The notes under the pieces were generated by a model, which saw only the letters and a program-made list of their open reading frames with translations, did not search any database and had not been told where the DNA came from. The translations under genes were made by a program, and so were the position numbers. From Eledone cirrhosa (Eukaryota): a stretch of 64,000 nt of DNA. How positions within the stretch are numbered: position 1 is the first letter of the stretch; each line of letters begins with the position of its first letter. Shown one piece after another: positions 11,484-24,596 of the stretch. The stretch covers positions 35,464,001-35,528,000 of the forward strand of contig OZ024751.1 of assembly GCA_964016885.1 (NCBI GenBank). Reading direction: 5' to 3'.

Positions 11484-11875
11484 GTTTATCGACACCATTT
11501 TACTGTTACTTTAGTTTATCGACACCGTTTTTTTTTTACTGGTATTTTAGTTTATCGACACAGTTTTTTTACTGGTACTTTAGTTTATCGACACCGTTTT
11601 TTTTTTTACTGGTACTGGTACTTTAGTTTATCGACACCGGTTTTTGTTTTTACTGGTACTGGTACTTTAGTTTATCGACACCGGTTTTTTTTTTACTGGT
11701 ACTGGTACTTTAGTTTATCGACACCGTTTTTTTTTTACTGGTACTGGTACTTTAGTTTATCGACACCGGTTTTTTTTTTACTGGTACTGGTACTTTAGTT
11801 TATCGACACCGTTTTTTTTTTACTGGTACTGGTACTTTAGTTTATCGACACCGGTTTTTTTACTGGGACTTTATT
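11484..11875 (-). repeat. ~33-45-bp minisatellite derived from the SINE core, ~10 copies
   Basis: Unit tactggtactttagtttatcgacaccg(t)n is the reverse complement of the SINE segment gtcgataaaataaagtaccagta. Confidence 0.85.
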
Positions 11876-11987
11876 TAGTTCCCAGTTTTCTTTAACTTAA
11901 TTGTGTTTCATTAAATTACTTCAGTCGAAACAACGAACAATATCTGATAATAAACCACCAAAAGTGGAAATATGTAATATTGTTTGA

Positions 11988-12157
11988 TTAAATATATAAT
12001 ATTAAATATGTAATATATAATATTGTTTTAGTAAATACATAATATTAAATATGTAATATGTAATATTGTTTTAGTAAATATATAATATTAAATATGTAAT
12101 ATGTAATATTGTTTTAGCAAATATATAATATTAAATATGTAATATGTAATATGTTTT
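11988..12157. repeat. ~41-bp AT-rich tandem repeat, ~4 copies
   Basis: aatatgtaatatgtaatattgttttagtaaatatataatatta. Confidence 0.85.
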
Positions 12158-12644
12158 AATAAAGAAATATTAATAAGGACGCAGTCTTTCATTTATTTTA
12201 AAATTTTATTTACAAATTTTGAAATGTTTTTTTTTAAATCGAATTATATTGATTATATTCGATAATCAACACCTTCCCCAAACGTTTATTTATTTCTTAG
12301 CCATCGATATCACACTGAAAGAAAACCATATTTTATACAAATATCCTTAACAATGGCAAAAGAAGCAGGAGAGGTTATATTTCGGTGTAAACCTTACATT
12401 CATGTTTTATTGAACTCCGAATGCCTGACGAGGTGTCATCATTGTTTTAAAAGGTAACATAAATTTCGTTTAATTTAATAACATTTTTTTTTTTGGCCCT
12501 TACACCTCCATTGTCGGAAATGTTAAGAAACTTTTCCTGTTATACAAGCGTTAAACTAATATATCCTCATCATCACCATGATCATCATCATTGTATTGTA
12601 CTGTACTGTATTGTTCTCCCGTGATATCTATATCTATCTATCTA

Positions 12645-12712
<68 letters not shown>

Positions 12713-13424
12713 GTGTGTGTGTATATACATATATAAAAAAAATATGTATATGAAATATATATATATATATCACAAGCAGACGATAAATTTTGTAGGCACT
12801 TCAGATCGCACGCACGCACATACACAAATGTACATGCACACACACACATATATATATATAAACACTCACATAAACACACGCACACACACTATTTCTGACG
12901 AGTAAAAGACAACAAAACAACCAAGAATCAACAAAAATCAATCATTGTGTTCAATAAAGACATTTCCTTTTGAAAATCTAGAATTTATAAAAATTAAAGT
13001 TTCTGACAAAATCAGAAAAATCTTTTCTACGTTAAAAATTGCCAAAATTCTTCGATTCTGACAGCTTTTCTTAAATGTGGTTACAATCAATCAATTGCTG
13101 TGATATTTCTGCAGTCATCGATAGTTGATAATTCTGATATATCCAGGGTCATTAGAATTACCAATTCCACCATGTCTGTGAGCAACAAAATTATATCATT
13201 TTTGGCAGTTTCAATTTCAGTAACAGTATCAAATTTGATGGGATTCTGTCAGGCTCGTCAGAAATTCAAATATTTAGGGGAGTTAGGGGTTAAAGGTCAA
13301 GAAATTGACCTATTCTGAACATTTTGACACATACACACACACCAACACTCCTCACACACACGCACATGCACTCACACATGCATGCTCGTATCTAGTATGT
13401 ATGTATATATGTATGCATATGTAC

Positions 13425-13502
<78 letters not shown>

Positions 13503-13505
<3 letters not shown>

Positions 13506-13704
13506 CGTACTCCTGGAGATGAGGGTTGCACATTTTTTTTCGGGGGTATGTGTTACCCATATAAACTGTCTCCCTCTATTGGGGAAAATCGACTAACTTT
13601 TTAAATTCCATTTGTGATAACATTTTACACGTTTTTATTGTATGTAAACTTCCCCCTTTGTATTTGTCCCCTTCTTTTGTGCCCCTGTGGCTAATAAAGA
13701 AACA
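13503..13704 (+). mobile_element. Tx1-like LINE 3' UTR-only copy inside (TATC)n
   Basis: Closely matches 23990-24187; AATAAA then (TATC)n; (TATC)n also upstream. Confidence 0.9.
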
Positions 13705-13737
<33 letters not shown>

Positions 13738-13772
13738 GTCTGTCTATCTGTCTGTCTGTCTGTCTGTCTGTC

Positions 13773-13859
<87 letters not shown>

Positions 13860-13934
13860 CTATCTCCTTCCTTCGCTTTCTTTCTCTTTCTCTCTTTGAA
13901 GTGGTGGTTTTGGGGTGATGTTAGTAGGGTGGGG

Positions 13935-14110
13935 GGTTACATTTCACACCTGGGCTAGGTCAATTACCAAGGTGGCGGGACGGAGGATTACATTTCACGT
14001 GTGTCTTTGGCTTGGGTCAGTTACCATGGTTACACAGGCTTGTATATATGTTACAAGATTTCCCTGAAAACAACGTCACTTCCGCCATACACACATTACG
14101 TAACCACGTG
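13935..14110. promoter_or_regulatory. Putative enhancer/promoter motif cluster
   Basis: CACGTG 13996 and 14105, ATTACGTAAC 14095, TAGGTCA 13956, GGGTCA 14014, GTTACCATGGTTAC 14020, ACGTCACTTCCG 14073. Confidence 0.4.
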
Positions 14111-14997
14111 TGTGTGTGTATGTGTGCGTGTGTGTATTTGTGTGTATGTGTATGTGTGTGTGTGTAAATAATATAAGAGACACGATTTATCTCCCCTACA
14201 TCATTCACAAAGTAATAATATAATAATTCAGCTCTCTTGCTTGATTGAGCACCGTTTTCCATTTTACCTGTTCACACATACGGATATTTTCTACACACAC
14301 ACACAAACACAAGCGCGTGCGTGTGCGCGCGCGCGCAATATGAACACAATGCAAGGGAAATAACTCTTCTGTCTTTTTTTTCTTCGTCTGCAATCATGAT
14401 GTAACAGACTGATCTTTTAAACTTACGAAATATTTCTGAACTATTTCTACATTTGTCTAGAATATAGAACTAGACTGGGAATATTTATTGTGATAGTTTA
14501 ATGGCAGACAAGTGAAGAGCTTCTCAAACTATTCAAACGGATAAAATTACATAAGTATGATAAAGATTTTAATATTTAATCACACATAAAGTAAGAGAGA
14601 GAGAGGGGGTAGTGTGTGTGTGTGTGAGAGAGAGAGAGAGGTAGTGTGTGTGTGAGAGAGTGAGTGGTAGTGTGTGTGAGAGAGAGAAAGAGAGAGAGAG
14701 GTAGTGTGCGTGTGAGTGTGTTTATGAGAGAAAGAGATGGTAGTGTGTGTGTATGTGTGTGTGAGAGTGGTGGGGCTCCTTCTTGCCATTGGCCCTCCTT
14801 CTCCACCCAAAATAAAGTGAGCAGGGAGGCAGTTCAGAGACCCAGGAGATGAGATGTTTCCACCACATGGAGGCCGGTAGGGAGGAGTGTTTGACGGTAA
14901 ACCTTATCGTACAGAGGTCGGTACTTCGACATCTCCTGATCCTAAGTTTTTCAGGAAAGAATACTTTGGTTTGACGCTCATTATACAAGGTTTGCTG

Positions 14998-15072
<75 letters not shown>

Positions 15073-15273
15073 GTGTTGCTGCTGTTGCTGCTGTTGTTGC
15101 TGCTGCTGCTACTGGAGAAAATATCACCGAAGGTCACATCTTAGAGTCTTTATTGTCTCAGAACGAGAAGATTGTCTTGTGTGCGACTCGGTACAACCAG
15201 ACTGCTCCCAGACCTGACGGAAAGCCAACTGTATACATACATACATACATACATACATACATACATACATACA

Positions 15274-15307
<34 letters not shown>

Positions 15308-15320
15308 CATATATATATAC

Positions 15321-15419
<99 letters not shown>

Positions 15420-15440
15420 TATATACATATATACATATGC

Positions 15441-15471
<31 letters not shown>

Positions 15472-15493
15472 TATATATATACATATATACATA

Positions 15494-15639
<146 letters not shown>

Positions 15640-16227
15640 TAATTGCATACATATGTATGTATACGTATGTTTATATATGTATGTGTATATATACATATAT
15701 ACATATATAATTATATACATCGATCATGAACACTGATTAATTATAGAAAATGAAATATTGATTCCATATTATTAATGAGTTGATAATTAAACATAATTAA
15801 TGAGTTTATTGTTAATAAATTATTGTTGTGTTAATTACATATTGATTGTGTTTGTTATTGATTAGTTTCGTGAACACACAACTACACATACATATATACA
15901 GCTACACACACATACAAACAGCTACACACACATATAAACAGCTACACATATATACACACAGCTACATATACACACAAACACACATGCACACAGTTACACA
16001 CACATACACAGCTACAAATAAACACACACACACACATGCACAAACGCACACATAGTTACAAACATAGACACATACAGCTACACACACACACACAGAAACA
16101 CACACCCATACAATAACGCCACAGTGTCTTAGACAGGGTTCTAAACTACATCACCAAACGAATTAACCCTATATGGAGCCGCAATAATCTATATTACAAT
16201 AACTGTACAGCTTATTTGTCCGTCTGT

Positions 16228-16756
16228 CAATAAAAAGAAATGTATTTTGCGAAATCCAGAGACTTCCAATAATTACCAGAAGTCGACCTTAAATATTACT
16301 AATAGCTCTAGGAAAGCCACTTGGATTTTGAAAGTAGGTTTATAATTATCAATTTTCATCGCACTTTTGTAGTTGACTCGGTGGCCTAGTTGGAAGAATC
16401 ATAGACGGTGGTGTTCCCGGTCTGAAGTTCGATCTTTGTCGGAAGTAGGGTTCCTGGTAAACCTTTTCAGATTTTTTCTATTGCGTGTAAAATAAAAACT
16501 GAAAAACAACCTTACGATGATTGAACCCAAGACCAGGACCTACACCGTCTGTAGTACCTACCGCTAGGCCACAGATACAAATACGAAAATTCATACTTAT
16601 AAACCTACTTTCAACATTTTTCGAAAGCAAAGCTTTGGCACCTAAAATAGTACAGTGGGCCCTGCAATGCTACTGTGGGCTCTTGCAATGTTACCGTGGA
16701 CCACCTGGGGCCCACTTGCCATTGGGCAAGCTTGCAGCCTGGCCAGTCCGCCACTG
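16228..16756 (+). mobile_element. hAT-like non-autonomous element with twin inverted tRNA-like units (right-end copy)
   Basis: Ends ccagtccgccactg, the reverse complement of the cagtggcggactgg start at 39972; internal homology to the 39972 and 63362 copies. Confidence 0.75.
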
Positions 16757-16898
16757 CATATATATATATGTGTGTATCTATCTATCTATCTTTCTCTAAT
16801 ACACACACGCGTGTATATATATATATATATATATATTACTCTTTTACTCTTTTACCTGCTCCAGCCATCCGGCTGAGGCCATGCTGGGGCACCACCCT

Positions 16899-16939
<41 letters not shown>

Positions 16940-17189
16940 TCGCGGTCCCAACGTCATGTGATAAGCCCTAGCTATTGATGTAGGTATATATGTAAAAAAA
17001 AATCAATACTGAAATAAATTTGGAACTACCAAAGTGGTATCGATCATAGTATTATATTGAACTGAGGTGGAGATTTCACCGGTTTTCGTCAGACATAAAA
17101 GACATTAAATTCTAGATATTTATTACGATAAACTTACAATGAAAAGACTGAAATATAAATGGTATGTTTCTTTTAATAAACAGCTTTCA

Positions 17190-17650
17190 CATCAACCATT
17201 CCACCTCCCTCCCACATACCATTGATAGCTCCCCTCCCTCCCCAAACCATCACAGCCCCCGTCTCTCCCTCATACCATTAATAGCTCCCCTCCCACATAC
17301 CATTAACAATTCCCCCTCCCCCATACCATTAACAACTCCTCCTCCCACATGCCATTAACAACTCCCCCTCCCACATACCATTAAGAGCTCCCCTCCCTCA
17401 CACACATAATTGATAGCTCCCCCTCTCTCCCTCATACCATTAACAACTCCCCCTCCCCCATACCATTAACAACTCCCCCTCCCACATACCATTAACAACT
17501 CCCCTCCCTCCCACATACCATTAATAGCTCCCCTCCCTCCCACATACCATTGATAGCTCCCCTCTCTCCCTCATACCATCAACAACTCCCCTCCCTTTCA
17601 CATACCATCAACAGGTCCCCCCTCCTCATACAATCAATAGCCCCCCCCCA
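17190..17650. repeat. ~27-33-bp C-rich minisatellite
   Basis: Unit cataccattaacaactccccctccc. Confidence 0.9.
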
Positions 17651-17747
17651 TTAAACTCTAAATTTTAAAAAGTCTTTCACAGATTCTAAAGTTGTCATTC
17701 TAAAGCGAACCTCTTGTAGCAACATGACTGGGAGAAAGTTAATGTAT

Positions 17748-17865
17748 TGTGTGTGTGTGAGAGAGAGAGTGTGTGTGTGTGAGAGAGATAGAGCGAGTGT
17801 GTGTGTGTGTGAGAGAGAGAGCGTGTGTGTGTGGGGGGGAGAGCGAGAGCGTGTGTGTGTGTGAG

Positions 17866-17913
<48 letters not shown>

Positions 17914-18011
17914 TGTGTGTGTGTGTGAGAGAGAGAGCGTGTGTGTGTGAGAGAGAGAGCGTGTGTGTGTGTGGGGAGAGCGAGAGCGTGTGTGTGTGTG
18001 TGAGAGAGAGA

Positions 18012-18046
<35 letters not shown>

Positions 18047-18245
18047 CGTGTGTGTGTGTGTGAGAGAGAGAGAGCGTGTGTGTGTGGGGGGGGAGAGCGA
18101 GAGCGTGTGTGTGTGTGTGAGAGAGAGAGTGCGTGTGTGTGTGTGAGAGAGAGAGAGCGTGTGTGTGTGTGAGAGAGAGAGAGACAGCATGTGTGTATGT
18201 GTGTGTGTGAGAGAGAGCGAGACAATGTGTGTGTATGTGTGTATG
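17748..18245. repeat. (GT)n(GA)n compound microsatellite
   Basis: Visible directly. Confidence 0.95.
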
Positions 18246-18301
18246 CGTAAATTTGAAAGAGTTACAGACAGAAATATATATATATAGTATATACTAAAGG
18301 A

Positions 18302-18367
18302 ACCCTAAGTATTGAGTACTCAGGTGCGTTATAGTCCACCTGGTTCCTTACCACACTTCCTTCGTTA
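18302..18367 (+). mobile_element. Family A mini-element, 5'-truncated
   Basis: accctaagtattgagtactc...ccttcgtta(TA)n. Confidence 0.85.
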
Positions 18368-18392
18368 TATTATATACTATATATATATATAT

Positions 18393-18936
<544 letters not shown>

Positions 18937-18992
18937 TATATATATATACTATATATATATACTGTATATATACTATATATATACTATATATA

Positions 18993-19021
<29 letters not shown>

Positions 19022-19023
<2 letters not shown>

Positions 19024-19138
19024 ACGAAGGAAATGTGGTAAGGAACCAGGTGGACCATAACGCACCAAAGTACTCAATACTTAGGGTAGTAGAGTGGATA
19101 ATAGGAACAAGTAAGATCGGGGTCTTACTTGTTCCTAT
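19022..19138 (-). mobile_element. Family A mini-element with fold-back at the predicted cleavage site
   Basis: ataggaacaagtaaga-tc-ggggtcttacttgttcctat. Confidence 0.85.
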
Positions 19139-19155
19139 ATATATATATATATATA

Positions 19156-19217
<62 letters not shown>

Positions 19218-19249
19218 TATATATACTATATATACTATATATATATATA

Positions 19250-19321
<72 letters not shown>

Positions 19322-19373
19322 TATATATATACTATATATATACTATATATATACTATATATATACTATATATA

Positions 19374-19457
<84 letters not shown>

Positions 19458-19721
19458 AATCACGTGGTGTATTATTAGGGTTGATTCCTGATGAGGAAGG
19501 ACAGAAATTATTGTCTACGGATTTTGGTAAATTCTTTGTGTTGTGGCATTATTGATATACAATGTCATGCCAACAAATTGAATATACTTGAATATACTCT
19601 TTATCACTAATAAAGAATATTAAAAAAAACACCGAAAATATTTGTTGATAAGGAATCGAAGACAATCGAAGACAATCGCACAGTTCTGGTGGGAATTATT
19701 GGAGAAAATTAATTGGAAATA

Positions 19722-19830
19722 TTTTCGTGTGTCTTAATATTTTTGTTCTTTTCTTGAACAGAAACACAAACCTTGTGACTTAGCTGTCTGTCTGTTTGTC
19801 CACCTGTCTATCTGTCTGTGTACCTGTCTG

Positions 19831-19895
<65 letters not shown>

Positions 19896-20023
19896 AGATA
19901 GATAGATAGATAGACAGACAGGTACACAGACAGATAGACAGGTGGACAAACAGACAGACAGCTAAGTCACAAGGTTTGTGTTTCTGTTCAAGAAAAGAAC
20001 AAAAATATTAAGACACACGAAAA
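19722..20023. repeat. Inverted duplication of target-flank DNA at the 5' junction of the Tx1 LINE
   Basis: (TATC)n switches to (GATA)n at tctataga (19891-19898); 19895-20023 is the reverse complement of upstream flank starting at 19722. Confidence 0.92.
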
Positions 20024-22861
20024 CTAGATAGGTTCTTAGTTAGAATTAAGGATAAGGACTTTTTAAGTTGTCCAAAAATGCGCATGGTTGGCTATTCAGA
20101 CCACAAATTAGTGACCTGCATGGTCAACCTTGACAGAACTCATAGACAGGGCCCCGGTTACTGGAAGCTCAACTTGTCCTTGCCGGCAAGTAGAGCCTAC
20201 AGGAATCGGATTAGTACGTTAGTTAAGGAACGGTTGACTGGAGCGATCGTCAACAGCAGGTGGTGGGTATCTCTAAAGAGAGAGATTAGAGTAGTCTCGA
20301 TAGAATTTAGTAAGGTTCTAGCTGCGGATAGGAATAGGAAGGAAAGGGAGCTAATAGATAGAGTAGAAGAGGCAATTAGAAGCGGCGACGTGGCCAGAGT
20401 GCTAGCGTCGAGAACGGCTTTGAGCCAGTTTTTCGACGCGAAGCACGAAGGCTGCGTTGTCCGAAGTAAAATACGTGCTCTAGGGAACGAGGGGACCAAA
20501 GCTGTTAGCTGGGCCCGCGTGACAGAGGCCAACAGTGGAACTAAATCCACCATCCGGTCTTTGCGAGACCTGGATGGACGGGCGATTCTTGAGCCTAAGC
20601 AGATGTGTGAGGCCTTTCAAAGGCACTTTGCCCGACTGTTCGGGAGGGGCGGGGAGCCGGTTGGGAACGTGGACTTCGGTCCATACCTCGACGGCCTGCC
20701 GCGCCTCTCGGACAGGGAGGCGAAGTCCTGCGAGGAGCCGATTTCGGCCGCTGAGATAGAGGACGTGCTGAGCCAATGCGGCAAACGCAAATCCCCGGGT
20801 CTCGATGGTCTTCCTTACGAATTATATCTAGCTATGCCGGACTTGTTCCACGATCTCCTCGAGGCGGTCTACTGCAACTGGCAACAGAACGGGAGAATTC
20901 CCTGTACTGTGACCAAGGGCGTAGTCACGCTAGTGAGGAAGGACGAGAACAAGGGGGACGAAATAAGTAACTTCAGGCCCATAACACTGCTAAATACAGA
21001 GTTACAGATTTTGGCCAAGGTGCTAGCAAAGAGGTTGGCGCTTGTCGTGGGCAACCTGGTGGGAGGTGCGCAGACATGCGCTATCCCGTCCAGGTCCATC
21101 CATGACAACCTCCACCTCATGCGATACATCATAGAGAGGGTTGGGAACGAACCCGGCTTTGGTGGGGCTCTGATCAACTTGGATCAATCTAAGGCGTTCG
21201 ATAGGGTCGACCATGGTTACCTGGATGCGGTGCTAGCGGCGGCAGGCTTCGGACCCGTTTTCAGGGGCTGGATCACTGCTATGCACAGCAGCCGCATCTG
21301 CTCTAGGGTCAAGGTGAACGGCTACCTCTCGGAGCCGTTCAAAATCGCGCGGTCCATCCGACAAGGGTGCCCTCTCTCCTCCCTTCTGTATGTGTTGACT
21401 CTCGAGCCACTACTGCGGAAGTTGGAGTTGTTGCAGGGCATCCCTTTGGAACCGGGATTGCGGAAAGCGGTGTCGGCCTACGCCGATGACGTGACAGTAA
21501 TGGTGTCGACAGCCTCCGAAATCGAGGCGGTCGGCACCTTACTGGAGGAGTACGAAAAGTTCACAGGGGCTAAGCTGAACCGGGACAAGTCGATCGGTTT
21601 GCAACTCGGCACGTGGAGGGGCAGACCGATGCCCTCCGATGGCGTCGTCGGACGCTGGACGGAGGGCCCGGTGAAGTTACTCGGGGTCTGGTTCGGACCG
21701 GACCTCCAGGTGGAGAAAAACTGGGCGGAGGTTACGAACAGGGTGTTTGCACTGACCCAGAAGTGGGCCAGTTGCAAACTATCCCTGAAAGGTCGGGCGG
21801 AGGTGGCGAACACCTACATAGCGTCCGTCATCTACTACCGCCTGACCGTAGTGCCCTGCCCAAGGGAAACCCTCACCAAGATGGAGCGCGCGCTCTTCCA
21901 ATTCCTTTGGAAGAGGCGGGCTCCTATGGTGAGGAGATCCATCTGCTGTCAACACCCTTCGAAAGGAGGGCTGGGGATGCCGTGGCTAATGATGCGTAAA
22001 CACGCATTAAGGCTACGGCACCTCTACGTATTCCTCACCGGACAACCGGTGTGGGCCTCGTTTGTGAGACGAACCTTTCCCAGACTCGTCTCACTCACCG
22101 AGCTGCAATCCTGGGTCAAGCAAAGACCGAGAAAACTGGGCGCCTGGCACACTGAGTGTGCCCAGGCGCTCACCGCCCTCTGGCAGGCGGATCCGGTTAT
22201 CAGTGGAGACTCCACCGCAACATTCTATAGAGGGCTGGTACGCAGCAGGTGCGACGACGCCCTCGGAGAAGCCCTAGACATGGAGGAGGACGAACTGGCC
22301 AGCCTGTTCGGTAGGACATTCAGCCCGGGACCTATGGACAACTTCCAGAAGTCCCTGGCCTGGCAGTGCTACCGAGGGGCTTTACCCGTTCGAGAAAGGC
22401 TCTACAGACACGGGCGCCCGGGTAGGGACCCCGCCAAAAAGATCTGTCCCAGATGCGTGTGCGACGAGGAAACCGTTGCACACGCATTGGTGCACTGCTC
22501 GGGCGTAGCCGATCTGTGGGGCTATGTCGAACAACTGCTGTCAAGGGTGGGACCGATCCGGTTGACCACCGAGTCTATTGTAATGATCAAGCCGCCTCCC
22601 CCCTTCAAAGATGAAGCAGAGGCGGTGTTTCTGTGCGTAATAGCCATGGCGAAAGAGGTTGTATGGTGGACGCGTCTGAAAGGACTGAGGTCAGACACCT
22701 TTCTCTCTGGCCAACAACTGGTCCGTTTCTTCCGATATCATTTCGGAAGAAGGATCAGGATGGAGAGAGAGGTGCTGCACCCCAGCCGTTTCTATGAAAG
22801 ATGGGTGAAAGTGGCGAGAATGGCCCGTGTGAATGGGCCTTCACTCTACATCAGACTATAG
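20024..22861 (+). CDS. ORF2 (end of AP endonuclease, reverse transcriptase, CCHC finger); uninterrupted but 5'-truncated
   Basis: Open from LDRFLV (20024); SDH, GPGYWKLN, KSPGLDG, NFRPITLLN, DQSKAFDRVDH, RQGCPLS, YADD, KGGLG, CPRC..ETVAHALVHC. Confidence 0.93.
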   Translation, partial: LDRFLVRIKDKDFLSCPKMRMVGYSDHKLVTCMVNLDRTHRQGPGYWKLNLSLPASRAYRNRISTLVKERLTGAIVNSRWWVSLKREIRVVSIEFSKVLAADRNRKERELIDRVEEAIRSGDVARVLASRTALSQFFDAKHEGCVVRSKIRALGNEGTKAVSWARVTEANSGTKSTIRSLRDLDGRAILEPKQMCEAFQRHFARLFGRGGEPVGNVDFGPYLDGLPRLSDREAKSCEEPISAAEIEDVLSQCGKRKSPGLDGLPYELYLAMPDLFHDLLEAVYCNWQQNGRIPCTVTKGVVTLVRKDENKGDEISNFRPITLLNTELQILAKVLAKRLALVVGNLVGGAQTCAIPSRSIHDNLHLMRYIIERVGNEPGFGGALINLDQSKAFDRVDHGYLDAVLAAAGFGPVFRGWITAMHSSRICSRVKVNGYLSEPFKIARSIRQGCPLSSLLYVLTLEPLLRKLELLQGIPLEPGLRKAVSAYADDVTVMVSTASEIEAVGTLLEEYEKFTGAKLNRDKSIGLQLGTWRGRPMPSDGVVGRWTEGPVKLLGVWFGPDLQVEKNWAEVTNRVFALTQKWASCKLSLKGRAEVANTYIASVIYYRLTVVPCPRETLTKMERALFQFLWKRRAPMVRRSICCQHPSKGGLGMPWLMMRKHALRLRHLYVFLTGQPVWASFVRRTFPRLVSLTELQSWVKQRPRKLGAWHTECAQALTALWQADPVISGDSTATFYRGLVRSRCDDALGEALDMEEDELASLFGRTFSPGPMDNFQKSLAWQCYRGALPVRERLYRHGRPGRDPAKKICPRCVCDEETVAHALVHCSGVADLWGYVEQLLSRVGPIRLTTESIVMIKPPPPFKDEAEAVFLCVIAMAKEVVWWTRLKGLRSDTFLSGQQLVRFFRYHFGRRIRMEREVLHPSRFYERWVKVARMARVNGPSLYIRL

Positions 22862-23124
22862 GTGAGGAAGATGAAAGACCAAGGAGCACCCCTTCTCTGT
22901 GCTCCTGAGGAGAAGGGTTGCACACTTTTTTCGGGGGTGTGTGCGACCCCCCAAGGCGCCTCCTCTCTATTGAGGATTTTGTTAAAAATTTTATTTTTTG
23001 TTATATCTTATTTTATTTTTATATTTTGTTATTGCCTCCTCCTTATTGAGGACGCCTTTTTGTGTAAACTCCCCCCCTTTGTACTTGTCCCACTTTTGAT
23101 GCCCTAGTGGCAAATAAAAGAAAC

Positions 23125-23125
<1 letters not shown>
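20024..23125 (+). mobile_element. Tx1/L1-clade non-LTR retrotransposon, 5'-truncated
   Basis: ORF2 remnant, 3' UTR, AATAAA at 23113, then (TATC)n. Confidence 0.93.
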
Positions 23126-23184
<59 letters not shown>

Positions 23185-23189
23185 TTATG

Positions 23190-23260
<71 letters not shown>

Positions 23261-23261
<1 letters not shown>

Positions 23262-24187
23262 ACAGCCCTCTGGCAGGCGGACCCGGTGATCAGTGGAGAC
23301 TTCACTTCGTCATTCTATAGAGGGTTGGTCCGCAGCAAGTGCGACGACGTGCTCGGAGAAACTCTAGGTGTAGAGGAAGACGAACTGGCCAGTCTGTTCG
23401 GTAGGACCTTCCGCCCGGGACCGATGGACAACTTCCAAAAGTCCCTGGCCTGGCAGTGCTACCGAGGAGCTCTACCAGTTCGAGACAAGCTCTACAGACA
23501 TGGGCGCCCGGGCAGGGACCCTTCGAAAAAGATCTGTCCGAGATGCGTGCGAGACGAAGAAACCGTCGCGCACGCATTCATACACTGCCCGGGCGTTACC
23601 GACCTGTGGGGCTATGTTGAACGACTATTGTCGCGGGTGGGACCAATCCAGTTGACCACCGAGTCCATTGTCATTATCAAACCGCCACCCTCCTTCAAAA
23701 ACGAAGGAGAGGCGGTTTTCCTTTGTGTGATAGCTATGGCGAGAGAGGTTGTATGGTGGACGAGGTTAAAAGGGCTGAGGTCAGACACCTTTCTCTCCGG
23801 CCAACAACTGATTCTTTTTTTCTAATACCACTTTGGAAGAAGAATCAGGATGGAGAGAGAGGTGCTGTACCCCAGCAAGTTTTATGAAAAGTGGGTGAAA
23901 GTGGCGAGAATGGACCGAGTTAATGGGCCTTCTCTCTATATCAGCCTGTAGGTTGAGGAAAAAGAGGAAGAGAGGAAAGAGGTATTCACTCTTCGTACTC
24001 CTGGAGATGAGGGTTGCATATTTTTTTCGGGGGTATGTGTTACCCATATGTAATGTCTTCCCCTATTGGGGAAAATCGATTAATTTTTAAATTGCATTTG
24101 TGATATTTTACACGTTTTTATTGTATGTAAACTTCCCCCTTTGTATTTGTCCCCTTCTTTTTTGCCCTTTTGGCTAATAAAGAAACA
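23261..24187 (+). mobile_element. Second Tx1-like copy (different subfamily), ORF2 C-terminus plus 3' UTR
   Basis: Protein similar to 22170-22861, with CPRC..H..HC; premature stop at 23823; separated from copy 1 only by (TATC)n. Confidence 0.92.
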
Positions 24188-24205
24188 TATCTACCTATCT
24201 ATCCG

Positions 24206-24249
<44 letters not shown>

Positions 24250-24280
24250 CGGATAGATAGGTAGATATGTTTCTTTATTA
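24175..24280. repeat. 36-bp inverted duplication of the LINE 3' end around (TA)n
   Basis: 24175-24210 vs 24245-24280. Confidence 0.9.
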
Positions 24281-24596
24281 AGAAGCAGCAGCGGCAGTCG
24301 CAGAAGTTTACCTGAGTTGATTTGGCGCCAAAGTCTTGCTGAAGAATATATTTTTCTATTTATTGATCAAACTCTGTCAAGAAGTACAACAGTTGATGTT
24401 TTAATGTTTGACAAACAAACAATAAATATTCCATCAAAACCTTTCTATTTGTCTCTATACAAGTTGACGATATTTTAATAACATTTTTATTTTTATAGCT
24501 TTTCTCCTTGTTGCAGACAGACATCTTTTATGTGAGATAAAACTTACCCCCGCCTTTCCTTGTGTTTTGTTGCTGCAGTGTATTGATTATAAACCC

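Noticed and set aside
13100-13260. 54-codon minus-strand frame QNPIKFDTVTEIETAKND...
   Set aside because: No start, weak acceptor, no recognisable motif
17060-17096. Minus-strand CTGACGA..GAAA
   Set aside because: No looped stem II and no stem I/III
19488-19530. CTGATGA hammerhead candidate
   Set aside because: No GAAA closing a stem II and no stem I/III
24281-24366. LIWRQSLAEEYI resembling a piggyBac transposase end
   Set aside because: Too short; no other transposase motif or TIR
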